Source: a virus
Taxonomy: Duplodnaviria > Caudoviricetes
Virus record (IMG/VR): IMGVR_UViG_3300025674_000283
Location: 1-28,068 of that record
Reading direction: 5' to 3' (one strand)
DNA: 28,068 nt
A program made the translations under genes and the position numbers. How positions within the stretch are numbered: the stretch's first letter is position 1; each line of letters opens with the position of its first letter. Shown here piece by piece: positions 17,740 through 27,134 of this stretch. The notes beneath the pieces were generated by a model. It ran no database searches and was not told where the DNA came from. It saw nothing but the letters and a program-made list of their open reading frames with translations.

Positions 17740-18833
17740 CAACTAGAGAAGAAACGCAACAAGCTTATAATCAGCTTCAAACTATTCTTAATCCTCAGCC
17801 TAGCGGTGGTATATACAATCAGCCGTTTTATGAACAGCTTCCTAGCGACCAACAACAAGAGGTAATGATGGATGCTAGACAGAGACTATCACAGACAGGT
17901 AACGCTCTCGGTAACTTCTTTAGCTCTCTGTTTAAAAACAGTTATGGAAGTCCTTTCGTTGTAGGTAGTCCTCTGGATCAGTATGAAACTAAACAGCTTG
18001 GGTTGGCAGAGGATGCTGAGCAGGTTCAGTCAAATTTGAATGCACGTAAGGATAAAGTAATTAAAGACCTACAGGAGGGTAGGATTACATCTCGTGATGC
18101 TCAAAGTGATTTAAACGTAATAAATGAACGTCAGAGCATACTTAACAGTGCTGTAGAGTCTAAAGGTGGTTTAGTAGAGCAACGTAGAGCAGATGAAGTT
18201 GCAAGTGCTGATGCAATTTTAGAAGACCTAGGAGTACCAACTCAGACAGAAACAAAGTCTGGGTTAGAAGAGATTCGTGAGGAAGAAAAAGAGTTAAACC
18301 AAGAGATCGGGACTACTGGTGGAGACTCTGGCACAAAAGATAACTTCTTTGACAGGTTAAACAGCAAAGTAGACTTGATGGCTATGGGTGCGGCTATGTT
18401 GGCTAATGCAGGTAGTGGTCGTGGTACTTTTGAAAACTTGGGTGTTGCGCTACAGACAGGCTTAAAGTCTAGGCAAAAGCAAGACCTTACAGAAGCGGCT
18501 AAGAAACGAGCAGATGCTCAGTTGGCTATTCAGCTATTAAGCGCACAAAGCAAAGGAAGACTAACTAATCCTCAATCCGTAGGTGCTTTAGAATCAGAGT
18601 TGCGTGTCTATGGGGCAGAAGGTGACAATGTTAACACCGTTGCTAACTACCTATACAATCATCCTATAATGGGTAGAAACCTAGACAGTCTATCGCCTAG
18701 TGTTCGTAGAGAATACTTGTCAGAGTTTGTTGACATTGCTCAGGGATGGATGGGCGATGAAATAGAAATGGGCAAAGTGGTAAAAGCTTCAGATAAAGCT
18801 CTTCAAAGAATACTGAAACAACAAGGTAAATAA
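17736..18833 (+). CDS. Probable ejection / internal virion protein
   Basis: 365 aa helical, Q-rich, LMAMGAAMLANAG segment; position; ATGA overlap. Confidence 0.65.
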   Translation: MTTREETQQAYNQLQTILNPQPSGGIYNQPFYEQLPSDQQQEVMMDARQRLSQTGNALGNFFSSLFKNSYGSPFVVGSPLDQYETKQLGLAEDAEQVQSNLNARKDKVIKDLQEGRITSRDAQSDLNVINERQSILNSAVESKGGLVEQRRADEVASADAILEDLGVPTQTETKSGLEEIREEEKELNQEIGTTGGDSGTKDNFFDRLNSKVDLMAMGAAMLANAGSGRGTFENLGVALQTGLKSRQKQDLTEAAKKRADAQLAIQLLSAQSKGRLTNPQSVGALESELRVYGAEGDNVNTVANYLYNHPIMGRNLDSLSPSVRREYLSEFVDIAQGWMGDEIEMGKVVKASDKALQRILKQQGK

Positions 18834-18834
18834 T

Positions 18835-21800
18835 ATGTCAGAATCCATAGGATCAACAGCGTTTGATACACTATGGGATATGTCTGATGCACAGTTTGAT
18901 GAGAATATATCCCGCAAGCCTGATGGAATAGCAGATCAAGTAGGAGCAGGTGTCGATTTAGGACAGGCTCTATTATATCGTGGCGGTCAATCACTAGCAG
19001 AAGCCTTTGGGTTTGCTGACAGTGCGTTTGGTCGTGCAATGGTGGAAGGTAAAGAAGAAAACTTACGTGAAGTTGAGATGGTCACAGCTCATCCTTTGTA
19101 TGAGGATGGTGAGTTTTCGTTTAGAGGCTTGATAGATCAAGTAGCTAGAGGTGCGGGTACAGTTGGTGTTGCCTTGCCTTCATTGTTGGCGGCAGTCCCT
19201 GCGGCGGCTATTGGTGCTAAAGGTTCGGCAGGTGCTTTAGTTGCAGGTGGTGTTACATCTGGATTGATGAACATCGGTGACATTGGTTTGAAAGCTGAGG
19301 ACATGGACGAAGCCTACAACGCATCAATGGCTGACATTGGCACTGGTCTTGCATTAGGTGCGTTAGAACCCCTAGCGGCGGCTAAGTTTGTTAAGGCTAT
19401 GTCTCCTGCTATCAAGAACATAACGCCTGAAGTTCAAAAGGCAATCAACTCAGGTAACGCCAGTGCTTTTAGTACTGCTATTAGAGAACAGGTTGCTCAA
19501 GCACCGTCTCTAGGTAGGACACTAGTTACAGCAGGGTTGGTGTCAGGTGCTACAGAAGCAACTCAGGACTTTTCTACAACTTTAGCGGCAAGTAATGCTA
19601 CATCTTACTGGAACGAACTAGACATTGAAGAGGCTCTTAAAGAGTCTGCTATTGAGGGCTTAATAGGTGGTATCTTAGGTCTTCCTTTCGGTGTTGGCAG
19701 TAGTGTAATGTCAAAGGCTCAGAAGAATCAGGACTTGTCTTTTGCAAAGCAGGTTGACGAGGGTATTATTGAGTTTAATGAAGATACAGGCGCTTGGGTA
19801 AAGAACCAAGAAAAGATACCTGTAACAGAGACTCGATTAGGTCACTTGTATTCTAAGTATTTAGCCCCTGTGTTGGGTGATGTACCTAGTAAGATCGTAG
19901 GTAAGCTACAGACAGAGAAGTCTAGAAAGTTAGCGGCTAAGTTCCAATCTACAAGAGGTGACTTGGGCAGAAGACTAGGCATCACTCCAGTTCACGCAGA
20001 AGCTATGAACTTTAAGTCAATGTACAGCAAAGGTATTGGTACGTTCATGACTTTGGGTGTTGAAGAGGCTCAGGCTGTACATGACCATCGTGTTATGCCT
20101 CAAGATACTAAAGAGCAGAAAGATGCTAAGAACGAGGTTTACTCTAAGTTTACTAAGGAGCAGAAGAAAGCCTCTAACGAGCTTGCCACTTTCCTAGACT
20201 TAACAATTAAGAATGATATTAAAAAGTATGGGCTAGACGAGACACTGTATGAGGGCGGTACATACTTTCCTTTGCATGGTCGTTTAGATTATAAAAAGAT
20301 TAAAGAAAACAGAAGAGAGTTTACTAGGGAAGCGTTAAAGATAGCTGAGGAAAGAGGAGTACCTTTATCAGAGATACAGGTTGATAACTATATTCAACGT
20401 ATTCAGAATCAAGGGTATGAACACTTTGGCATAGATGCTGATACTAAGGCTTTAAGAAGGTTTATAGAAGAAACCGAAGAGCTAGTGAAAGAAGAAGGCA
20501 TCACTAGGGAAGAAGCTGAAAAGAAAGCGGCGAAGAAACTAGACAAAAGACTAGGCAAGAAGTCAGGTAAAGGCGCTAAGGTTAATACCCAGAACGCTGT
20601 TGAAACTCATCGTATGTTGTCTATGTTGCCTCAAGACTTTTGGAACAACTGGACTAATGAAAAGTCTAGCGTTCAAGAGGCTATGTATTCATACTATGAA
20701 ATGATATCAGAAAGACTAGCGCATGTTAAACAGTTTGGAGTCAACAACGAGAAGTTCTATAGAGAAGTATTAGAAGTTGTTCAAGATGCTAGAGAGCGTG
20801 GCGTAGCTTTTGATATTAATGGATTGATGGCAGACTTTGCTAACATGATGAACCTGTCTCAGCGTATTCCTATTAGAAACTTAGACGTTACTCAAGGCGA
20901 TGCCCTTAGAACGGCTCAGAATGCTGTTAGAGCAGGTTTATCTGTAACCTTACTACCCCTATCTATTCTTCCTTCTTTGGCTGAGGTGTTCGTTGTAGCC
21001 TCTAGAACAGGGAAGACAGGCAAGGCTATAACCACAACAGGTAAGTTAGTTTCTAGGATTATTAAACAGCAGTTTAGGCATGGTCGTGGGCTAGACTTTA
21101 CAGATGCAACAAAGCTAGTTGACGAGGGTATCTTAGAAGACTTAGGTATTACTCTATATGAGTTAAAGAATACTACAGCATCTCGAATAGGTGACAATGA
21201 GATCGGTGGTCGTATTACTAACATAGAAAACTTCTTCTATAACCTGACACTAACTCCACAGTTTACTGAGTCTTTGAGAATGACTGCCGCTATCCTTGCA
21301 GAGCAGGGCTTTAGGTCTGACTTGGTTGCTTACGAGAAAGCAGTTAAGGAGGCTAACGTAGATGAACAGCTAAGACTTGGAGACAAGTTTGCTGAAGCTG
21401 GTCTTAACATCTCTGAAGCCTATAACTGGCATCTTCGTGGTGGTAAGAAAGATAAGTATTACAGAGAAGACTTTAAGATGGGTATTCTTAACATCATTGA
21501 AGACACTGTAATGAGACCACGAATGATACAGAAACCTGCTTGGATGTCTGATGAAAGATTTAAGTTGATTGCTCAGTTGAAGTCTTTTGCTGTTGTGTTT
21601 AACAACGTAGTAATGAAAGGTTGGTATAACGCAATGGTGGCTAATGGCACAACAGAGGATAAGCTAAAGCAAGCGGCGGTGATTGCACCTTATATTGGTA
21701 TGATGGTAGCTACACAGATTATGGCATCTGCTCTGCGAGAGTTTGCAAAGACAGGTGACATTGAGAAGTGGGAAGATAGAGATGCTATGGGTCATGCTCT

Positions 21801-22038
21801 AAACGCAATCACTTACATTGGTGGTTTGTCGTTTGCGGTTGATCCGCTACGTGCTAGTAACTGGGGAGTTGATCCAACTACTGTATTGCTAGGCGCGGCG
21901 GCAGGTAAGTTTAATGATTTAATGGGTGGTATTAGTGGAATAATGTCAGGAAACATTGCACCTGAAGATGTAGTCATGGAAGTCGTAAAAGATGTTGGCG
22001 GTGCTTTCCCAATAATACCTGCTCTCTTGGAGGAATAA
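18835..22038 (+). CDS. Large internal virion (ejection) protein
   Basis: 1067 aa; A/G-rich hydrophobic stretches, GATEATQ, YFP, P.WMSD..FKLIAQLKSF motifs seen in large podovirus ejection proteins. Confidence 0.8.
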   Translation: MSESIGSTAFDTLWDMSDAQFDENISRKPDGIADQVGAGVDLGQALLYRGGQSLAEAFGFADSAFGRAMVEGKEENLREVEMVTAHPLYEDGEFSFRGLIDQVARGAGTVGVALPSLLAAVPAAAIGAKGSAGALVAGGVTSGLMNIGDIGLKAEDMDEAYNASMADIGTGLALGALEPLAAAKFVKAMSPAIKNITPEVQKAINSGNASAFSTAIREQVAQAPSLGRTLVTAGLVSGATEATQDFSTTLAASNATSYWNELDIEEALKESAIEGLIGGILGLPFGVGSSVMSKAQKNQDLSFAKQVDEGIIEFNEDTGAWVKNQEKIPVTETRLGHLYSKYLAPVLGDVPSKIVGKLQTEKSRKLAAKFQSTRGDLGRRLGITPVHAEAMNFKSMYSKGIGTFMTLGVEEAQAVHDHRVMPQDTKEQKDAKNEVYSKFTKEQKKASNELATFLDLTIKNDIKKYGLDETLYEGGTYFPLHGRLDYKKIKENRREFTREALKIAEERGVPLSEIQVDNYIQRIQNQGYEHFGIDADTKALRRFIEETEELVKEEGITREEAEKKAAKKLDKRLGKKSGKGAKVNTQNAVETHRMLSMLPQDFWNNWTNEKSSVQEAMYSYYEMISERLAHVKQFGVNNEKFYREVLEVVQDARERGVAFDINGLMADFANMMNLSQRIPIRNLDVTQGDALRTAQNAVRAGLSVTLLPLSILPSLAEVFVVASRTGKTGKAITTTGKLVSRIIKQQFRHGRGLDFTDATKLVDEGILEDLGITLYELKNTTASRIGDNEIGGRITNIENFFYNLTLTPQFTESLRMTAAILAEQGFRSDLVAYEKAVKEANVDEQLRLGDKFAEAGLNISEAYNWHLRGGKKDKYYREDFKMGILNIIEDTVMRPRMIQKPAWMSDERFKLIAQLKSFAVVFNNVVMKGWYNAMVANGTTEDKLKQAAVIAPYIGMMVATQIMASALREFAKTGDIEKWEDRDAMGHALNAITYIGGLSFAVDPLRASNWGVDPTTVLLGAAAGKFNDLMGGISGIMSGNIAPEDVVMEVVKDVGGAFPIIPALLEE

Positions 22039-22430
22039 TGATAGGCGTAACAGATTTAATTGCAAACATATTCAAACCTGCGGCTAACTTAGTTGACGAG
22101 TTACATACGTCAGATGAGGAGCGCTTGAACGCTAAGAGTAAGATGTTAGAGGTACAGGCGGCGGCAATGCAACAGGTGTTTGATTACGAGACACAAGCGT
22201 TAACTGCTCGTGCTAATATAGTAAACAGTGAGGCTAGTTCAGGTAACTTGTTGGCATCTTCTTGGAGACCAATAACAATGTTAACTTTCTTGGTGCTTGC
22301 TGTTGGAGATTCGCTAGGTCTTCTAGCAACCCCTCTCAGGGATGAGGCATGGATGCTTCTACAACTAGGTCTAGGCGGTTATGTCGTAGGTCGAAGTGGA
22401 GAAAAGATAGCGCAGACTATCAAGAAGTAA
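22038..22430 (+). CDS. Holin, 3TM gene-transfer-agent type
   Basis: LVDELHTSDEER, EASS, SWRP, LLQLGLGGYVVGRSGEK motifs with hydrophobic segments. Confidence 0.85.
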   Translation: MIGVTDLIANIFKPAANLVDELHTSDEERLNAKSKMLEVQAAAMQQVFDYETQALTARANIVNSEASSGNLLASSWRPITMLTFLVLAVGDSLGLLATPLRDEAWMLLQLGLGGYVVGRSGEKIAQTIKK

Positions 22431-22437
22431 GGATACT

Positions 22438-22476
22438 AAAAAGCCCCTACACCGTTTGGCATAGGGGCTTTGTTTT
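22438..22476. terminator. Bidirectional rho-independent terminator between the two arms
   Basis: AAAGCCCCTA (22440-22449) / TAGGGGCTTT (22462-22471) inverted repeat with A-run before and T-rich run after; between convergent stops. Confidence 0.9.
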
Positions 22477-22482
22477 ATCTAG

Positions 22483-24348
22483 TTAAATCTCACATGCTCC
22501 TCCAGTACATGCTAGGGTTTGCGCTCCCTCTGTTTTATCACTGTCTTCTGTGATGTCCCATTCAATGTGCTTAGGCATTGCCTTAGCCAACTCTTGATAC
22601 TTCTCTTTGGTAATCTCCTCGTAAGGAGCTTGCTCATAAGAATGCTCGCTGAATGGTAGGAAAGAAACGCCACTACAAGTATCGAAATTATTGTATAGCC
22701 AACTGCCAATATCAAGGAACTCACTATCGCGGTAATATACCGTGACAGACGGCTTGTGTTCACACCAGTGTTTTTGATAAACATCCCATAACTCCAACTG
22801 TTCCATTCCTGTTTGAGACGATGACATCACAGCCCCTTTAGGTGCTTTCTGAGGGAAGCTGAACACCAATGTAGAGGGTGATACTTTGTCTGGCTCTGAT
22901 GCTATCCCCGCTTTCTCAAGTACACCACAAAGAGGATCGCTAACAGAAGCCCTAACACGCCTGATGTAGTACTCGGCGAAACGACCGTGTATACCACTAG
23001 CACTGTTAACAAGCTGACTAACAGTACCGCTAGGCTTGACACAAGTGATTGCTGTGGATTGGTTAATCCCAAGACGTTTAGCCCACTTTTTATTAACGAG
23101 TACAGCTTCTGCTTTAAGTTCTTCAAGTAATTCAGGTAGTCCATCTTTTGCTCCATTGGTTAGTTTACAATCTTGAATGCCTGTCATGGATACACCAAGC
23201 AAGGCTTCTTCTTCTGTGTTCTGTTGCCATTTCTTTCTTAGATATCTGAAGTCAGTTAGTGTTGCTTGCATCGTACCTAGTATTGTTGCGTGACGTACTT
23301 TACGCTTCAATGTCTCAGGTGTGTCATCTGCTCTAACAATAACTTCTGACAGGTTACAGAACTGGTTAGGTCGTAGTATGATTTCACTACAAGGGTTTGT
23401 TCCAAAGTCTTGGTCAGGGTCTCGTCTGCCATTCTTAGCCGCTTGTTTCTGACTAGCTACTCGGCTGAAGAAACCACGCTCTCCACTTCTACTTTCGTAG
23501 AGACTAGACCATTCATTTAGGAACGCTTCAAAGTCAGGCTTCTCTGTGTAACATGCACTGTTGTTTGCAAGACCACGTTGAGGGTTATCTACCCACCATT
23601 GCCCTGACTTGGCTCTTCTAATGCGATCATCGGTGAGGTTACTGAGACTGATAAGAGCCGATCTTCTGACTCCTCCAACGACAACGATTTGTGCAATCTT
23701 ACAGCAGAGATCGTGACATTCGATGGAAGACAGCTTTCTACCTGCGGCAGACCGAAAGACTTCAACAGTGAACTTGAAGAGGTCTTCCAAAGGTTCTTTG
23801 CCACTTGCTCTACCACCGAAGGTTTTAAGGGGTGTGCCTTCAGGACGAACTCTAGATAAGTCCCACTCAGGAACTTGACCACTATAGAGCATTGTGATAA
23901 GTTCACGGTAGGCTTTAGCCCATCCAATCTTAGAGTCGGCAACGTGGATGATGCTTTCTGTGGCATGGAAGTCCTCCGATACTTCTGGTAATTTAGTTAT
24001 GTATTGTCTCTCAACGCTGAATCCGACACCTGTACCGCACATTAGAATGTACATCATCTCATCAAACGCTTTAGGGTGGTCGATAGGTAGGTAACTACAG
24101 TTGAACCCTGCTACATTGTCACGCTCTAAAGCTTCACCTGCTGTCATCAATGCTCTCATTGACGGCATCACTTCATGGTTTAGAATCGCCTGTCGTAGCT
24201 CCTCCTGAGTCTTGTCATCTAGCTTACATCTTTTCTTAAAGAAAGATAAGTAGCGATCAACTGTTTCTTCCCAAGTCTCCCTCCTTTTCTCATCAGGTAG
24301 ATATCTAGCATACCTACTTTTGTGTATATAACTTTGATAATTATCCAT
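22483..24348 (-). CDS. nrdJ: Class II adenosylcobalamin-dependent ribonucleotide reductase
   Basis: PSMR, FNCS, GTGVGFS, VGGVRRSA, GTNPCSEI, TCVKPSGTVSQL, WCEHKPSVT, C-terminal CTGGACEI; no beta subunit gene adjacent. Confidence 0.93.
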   Translation of the reverse strand: MDNYQSYIHKSRYARYLPDEKRRETWEETVDRYLSFFKKRCKLDDKTQEELRQAILNHEVMPSMRALMTAGEALERDNVAGFNCSYLPIDHPKAFDEMMYILMCGTGVGFSVERQYITKLPEVSEDFHATESIIHVADSKIGWAKAYRELITMLYSGQVPEWDLSRVRPEGTPLKTFGGRASGKEPLEDLFKFTVEVFRSAAGRKLSSIECHDLCCKIAQIVVVGGVRRSALISLSNLTDDRIRRAKSGQWWVDNPQRGLANNSACYTEKPDFEAFLNEWSSLYESRSGERGFFSRVASQKQAAKNGRRDPDQDFGTNPCSEIILRPNQFCNLSEVIVRADDTPETLKRKVRHATILGTMQATLTDFRYLRKKWQQNTEEEALLGVSMTGIQDCKLTNGAKDGLPELLEELKAEAVLVNKKWAKRLGINQSTAITCVKPSGTVSQLVNSASGIHGRFAEYYIRRVRASVSDPLCGVLEKAGIASEPDKVSPSTLVFSFPQKAPKGAVMSSSQTGMEQLELWDVYQKHWCEHKPSVTVYYRDSEFLDIGSWLYNNFDTCSGVSFLPFSEHSYEQAPYEEITKEKYQELAKAMPKHIEWDITEDSDKTEGAQTLACTGGACEI

Positions 24349-24479
24349 TATTTCTTTACCTTTTTAGTGTCTTTGTCTTTTGATTTACTGTCCTTTTTCT
24401 TTCCGAATATTGCATCCCAGTTGTTGTCAAATGTTTCTGGGTTTGGAATTGGTCTAGGACTACTGCCTTTGCCTGACAT
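24348..24479 (-). CDS. 43 aa small protein (not in ORF track)
   Basis: MSGKGSSPRPIPNPETFDNNWDAIFGKKKDSKSKDKDTKKVKK; SD AGGAGG at 24484-24489; TAATG overlap with nrdJ. Confidence 0.8.
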   Translation of the reverse strand: MSGKGSSPRPIPNPETFDNNWDAIFGKKKDSKSKDKDTKKVKK

Positions 24480-24487
24480 AGTACCTC

Positions 24488-24739
24488 CTATTGTAATGTA
24501 GTTGAGACATCTGGTTCACCTGCCAACAATCCAATCTTAGCTGATTCAAGTAGGAAGATAGACTCTGCTATGCTTAGACTAGTTCCTATTGTCGTGAATC
24601 CCTCCCTGTTATAAACTATCAAAGCAAACTCTGTATCAACATCTTCTTCATCTATGTCCATACTATCGACTACTTTGGTAATCTTTTCTAGGGTCGTGCT
24701 TTCGGGTGTCTTGTTGAATTTACCATCAATCACTTTCAT
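24488..24739 (-). CDS. Hypothetical protein (start revised to MKVIDGKF)
   Basis: ATG at 24739 has SD AGGA and lies 2 nt after the previous stop; 83 aa. Confidence 0.7.
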   Translation of the reverse strand: MKVIDGKFNKTPESTTLEKITKVVDSMDIDEEDVDTEFALIVYNREGFTTIGTSLSIAESIFLLESAKIGLLAGEPDVSTTLQ

Positions 24740-24741
24740 AT

Positions 24742-25065
24742 TTATTCCTGTTCTTCTATTAGTTTCTCCAAGTACCACTTAGCTTTGCGTAGGTCTTCTA
24801 AAGGTTTCTTCTTGTATGTATATCTCCAAAGATACTTTAGAACATTACCTTTTAGATACCCATGATAAGCTGTCTGATTCATGGATGCCCTGATAGCATC
24901 AATACATTCAACGTCACCTGAGTTGTAATGCGGTGGTTCTTCTACCATTGCTTCCATTAGCTTGGCTTCTTTCTCAGCCATATTCTTGTAGCTTAACATG
25001 GCGGCAGAGTGCATCTTACCCGCAACTCTATCCCATTCTTCAGGACTGGCATCATTAATACTCAT
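24742..25065 (-). CDS. DUF3310 family protein (related to T7 gp1.7 nucleotide kinase)
   Basis: PPHYNSGDVECIDAI, GYLKGNVLKYLWRY..K, EDLRKAKWYL. Confidence 0.88.
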   Translation of the reverse strand: MSINDASPEEWDRVAGKMHSAAMLSYKNMAEKEAKLMEAMVEEPPHYNSGDVECIDAIRASMNQTAYHGYLKGNVLKYLWRYTYKKKPLEDLRKAKWYLEKLIEEQE

Positions 25066-25217
25066 TCTAGTTCCTCCTCAAGTTCTTCATAGCGGTCTTC
25101 AATCTTGTCCTTAAACTTTTCAACGATATCCTCACTAGCTATGTCTAGTACTTCTAGCAATGTTATCTCGTCTAGGTGGGCAAGACGTTCGCATAAGTCT
25201 TTAAATGTTAGTGCCAT
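25062..25217 (-). CDS. Small acidic hypothetical protein (start revised to MALTF)
   Basis: 51 aa MALTFKDLCERLAHLDEITLLEVLDIASEDIVEKF...; GGAG upstream; ATGA overlap with next gene. Confidence 0.75.
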   Translation of the reverse strand: MALTFKDLCERLAHLDEITLLEVLDIASEDIVEKFKDKIEDRYEELEEELE

Positions 25218-25977
25218 ACTTCTTCTCCAAGTAGGACATTGATACAGGCATCTCGTCAAACTGTCCCTTGTTGACTTCATGGAGCATCCATATTCCACTC
25301 CAACTGCCGTTAGTCTGATGGTTTAGATAGTCCTCATCATGAGCATAGTAGATACCTGCAAACAATCCAGTGATTCTAGTGCCGTCTGCTTTCTTAGAGT
25401 ATGCACATTCTCTGTCTTGAACGTGACCCATGATGCAACTCTGATGCTTCTTGGTTAGCATGGATCGTGCGCTACTTACTGGTCTACCCATGACACCACT
25501 AGTAAAGTAGTGGCAATATGCTACATCGTCAATGATGGCAGGTTCTAAGAAGTCATACACTTCCCAACCATATTCATCAAGCTTAAAGTCTTCATAACCT
25601 ATCAAGCCGTCTAGCTTGGCATCGTTCTCAATAGCACGTTCGATGCGCTGTTCATGATTACCTATCAGGAATACCAATCTAGGATTCCATACTTTCTTGC
25701 GGTTCTGACGTAGCCTTTGTTGCTCTGCCCTGATGGGTTTAAGGAAGGCTTCCATACCTCTGTGTCCTGCCTCGATGTCATTGGTGTATCGTCTGCCCTC
25801 GAAGGACTTCTTACCTACATCATACATCGACAACGATGGCATATCCCAATGGTCTCCCAGATGAACAATAACCTCTGGCTTCTTGGCGGCGGCATACTTA
25901 CCTGCCCACTCAAGATGGTCAAAAGACTGATCTGGTTTACATTGAGTATCTGGTATTACTAAATGTCTAGTTGTCAT
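25201..25977 (-). CDS. Calcineurin-like metallophosphoesterase (start revised to MTTRHL)
   Basis: IPDTQ, HLGDHWD, GNHE, YCHY, MGHVQ metal-binding motifs. Confidence 0.88.
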   Translation of the reverse strand: MTTRHLVIPDTQCKPDQSFDHLEWAGKYAAAKKPEVIVHLGDHWDMPSLSMYDVGKKSFEGRRYTNDIEAGHRGMEAFLKPIRAEQQRLRQNRKKVWNPRLVFLIGNHEQRIERAIENDAKLDGLIGYEDFKLDEYGWEVYDFLEPAIIDDVAYCHYFTSGVMGRPVSSARSMLTKKHQSCIMGHVQDRECAYSKKADGTRITGLFAGIYYAHDEDYLNHQTNGSWSGIWMLHEVNKGQFDEMPVSMSYLEKKYGTNI

Positions 25978-26353
25978 TTGCTTTACGCTCCTCACGCTCT
26001 GCGTTAGTCTTCTTCTGATGGCAGGGTTTACATAGCACCTGTAATCCATCGACTTCACAGAACATATTCTCTACGAATTTAGGTAGGTCTTCGTACTTAC
26101 GCAGTGTACCTGCGGGTACGATGTGATCTACTTGTACTTCCTTATCCTTGAACCATTGTTCGCAACAGGCACATTGAAACTCGAAGCGATGACGTTGACC
26201 AACCACTGCTTTCTTAGCTTTAGCTTTGGCGGCATATCTTGGTGGGAATCTTCTGTTCGCCTCTCTTAACGCTGAACGTATGAATCCCCAATACCTTGCT
26301 TCTGTCCACTTACCTCCTGCTCTGGTTCTAGGTACTCTAGGTTTCTTAGCCAT
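25967..26353 (-). CDS. HNH endonuclease
   Basis: CACC zinc knuckle, VQVDHIVP, LQVLCKPCHQKKT. Confidence 0.88.
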   Translation of the reverse strand: MAKKPRVPRTRAGGKWTEARYWGFIRSALREANRRFPPRYAAKAKAKKAVVGQRHRFEFQCACCEQWFKDKEVQVDHIVPAGTLRKYEDLPKFVENMFCEVDGLQVLCKPCHQKKTNAEREERKANDN

Positions 26354-27134
26354 TACCTACCCTTACCTGAAGCTTCTCTTCAGAGTCTATGTCAGCACTG
26401 ATCGGTGCAGATGGTGGTGTTCCACCTATAGGATTGACACCGTTATGGTTATCCTTTCGTGACACAGGATCGACCCACCATTCTTCTTCATACCTACGCA
26501 AGTAGAGTAGTCTAGCGTTCTCATACAAGCTCTCAGTATCACCCTTATAACAAGTTATAACGGCTTGGTACAGGTCTTCTTCTGTCTCACACCATTGCAA
26601 TGCTCGGTCTGCTTTAACCTCGCCAATACCTACACAACCCTGAATGTTATCTACTCTGTCTCCAGTTAGCATTTGTTTGTATAGGAAGTAAAGCCCATCC
26701 CATTCATTTACTGTAGTCCATTCGTCTCTATTGAAGTTGTAATGTCTACATGGTACTTGAAGGAAGTCTTTATCAATACTACAGATCACAGTGTCTTTGC
26801 CTTGAGCAGTGGCTTCGATAGCAATGGCATCGTCAGCCTCCTGTCCCTCGACAACAATAGCATCCCACTTGTCTACCATGTAATCACGCAACAGGTAAAA
26901 GTGTTCTGGCTTCTCTGATGTTCTGTTTCCTTTGTAAGGTTTGATTGTGGCAAGTTTGTTTCGGTAGTTACCTTTGCCAGTTAAGTAGAGTTGGTAGGGG
27001 ACTGCATCATCACAGCCCCTTACCAGTATGTCCAACACCAAGTTATCTAATTGAGAAATAGCAGTCTCAACAGTCTCTTCTTTACAGGCAAAGCCTATTC
27101 TGTAACTTAGAATGTCGGCATCAATGAGTAACAT
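26346..27134 (-). CDS. 5'-3' exonuclease (T7 gp6 / flap endonuclease family)
   Basis: LLIDAD, NYR, PYKGNR, EADD, SIDKD, QMLTGDRVDNIQG..GIG. Confidence 0.93.
   Translation of the reverse strand: MLLIDADILSYRIGFACKEETVETAISQLDNLVLDILVRGCDDAVPYQLYLTGKGNYRNKLATIKPYKGNRTSEKPEHFYLLRDYMVDKWDAIVVEGQEADDAIAIEATAQGKDTVICSIDKDFLQVPCRHYNFNRDEWTTVNEWDGLYFLYKQMLTGDRVDNIQGCVGIGEVKADRALQWCETEEDLYQAVITCYKGDTESLYENARLLYLRRYEEEWWVDPVSRKDNHNGVNPIGGTPPSAPISADIDSEEKLQVRVGNG

Noticed and set aside
418-21224. Minus-strand ORFs within the structural arm (418-783, 2241-2453, 3230-3622, 3913-4142, 4578-4829, 5386-5580, 6292-6501, 7778-8839, 9907-10113, 11431-11778, 15125-15337, 18803-19039, 20916-21224)
   Set aside because: Antisense shadows of well-supported genes; S/F/L-rich composition mirrors sense codons; no recognisable motifs
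22512-23966. Alternative-frame ORFs inside nrdJ (22512-22784, 22902-23156, 23589-23966)
   Set aside because: Nested in an intact conserved enzyme; hydrophobicity is the usual off-frame artefact
24740-26058. Longer ORF-track starts at 24778, 25298 and 26058
   Set aside because: They create long overlaps; downstream ATGs at 24739, 25217 and 25977 fit SD and operon packing better
25967-26353. HNH as a mobile homing element
   Set aside because: Short, tightly overlapped with neighbours, at the position where T7-like phages keep a resident endonuclease; no insertion evidence
25717-26462. Plus-strand ORFs 25717-25962 and 26226-26462
   Set aside because: Antisense to phosphoesterase, HNH and exonuclease genes
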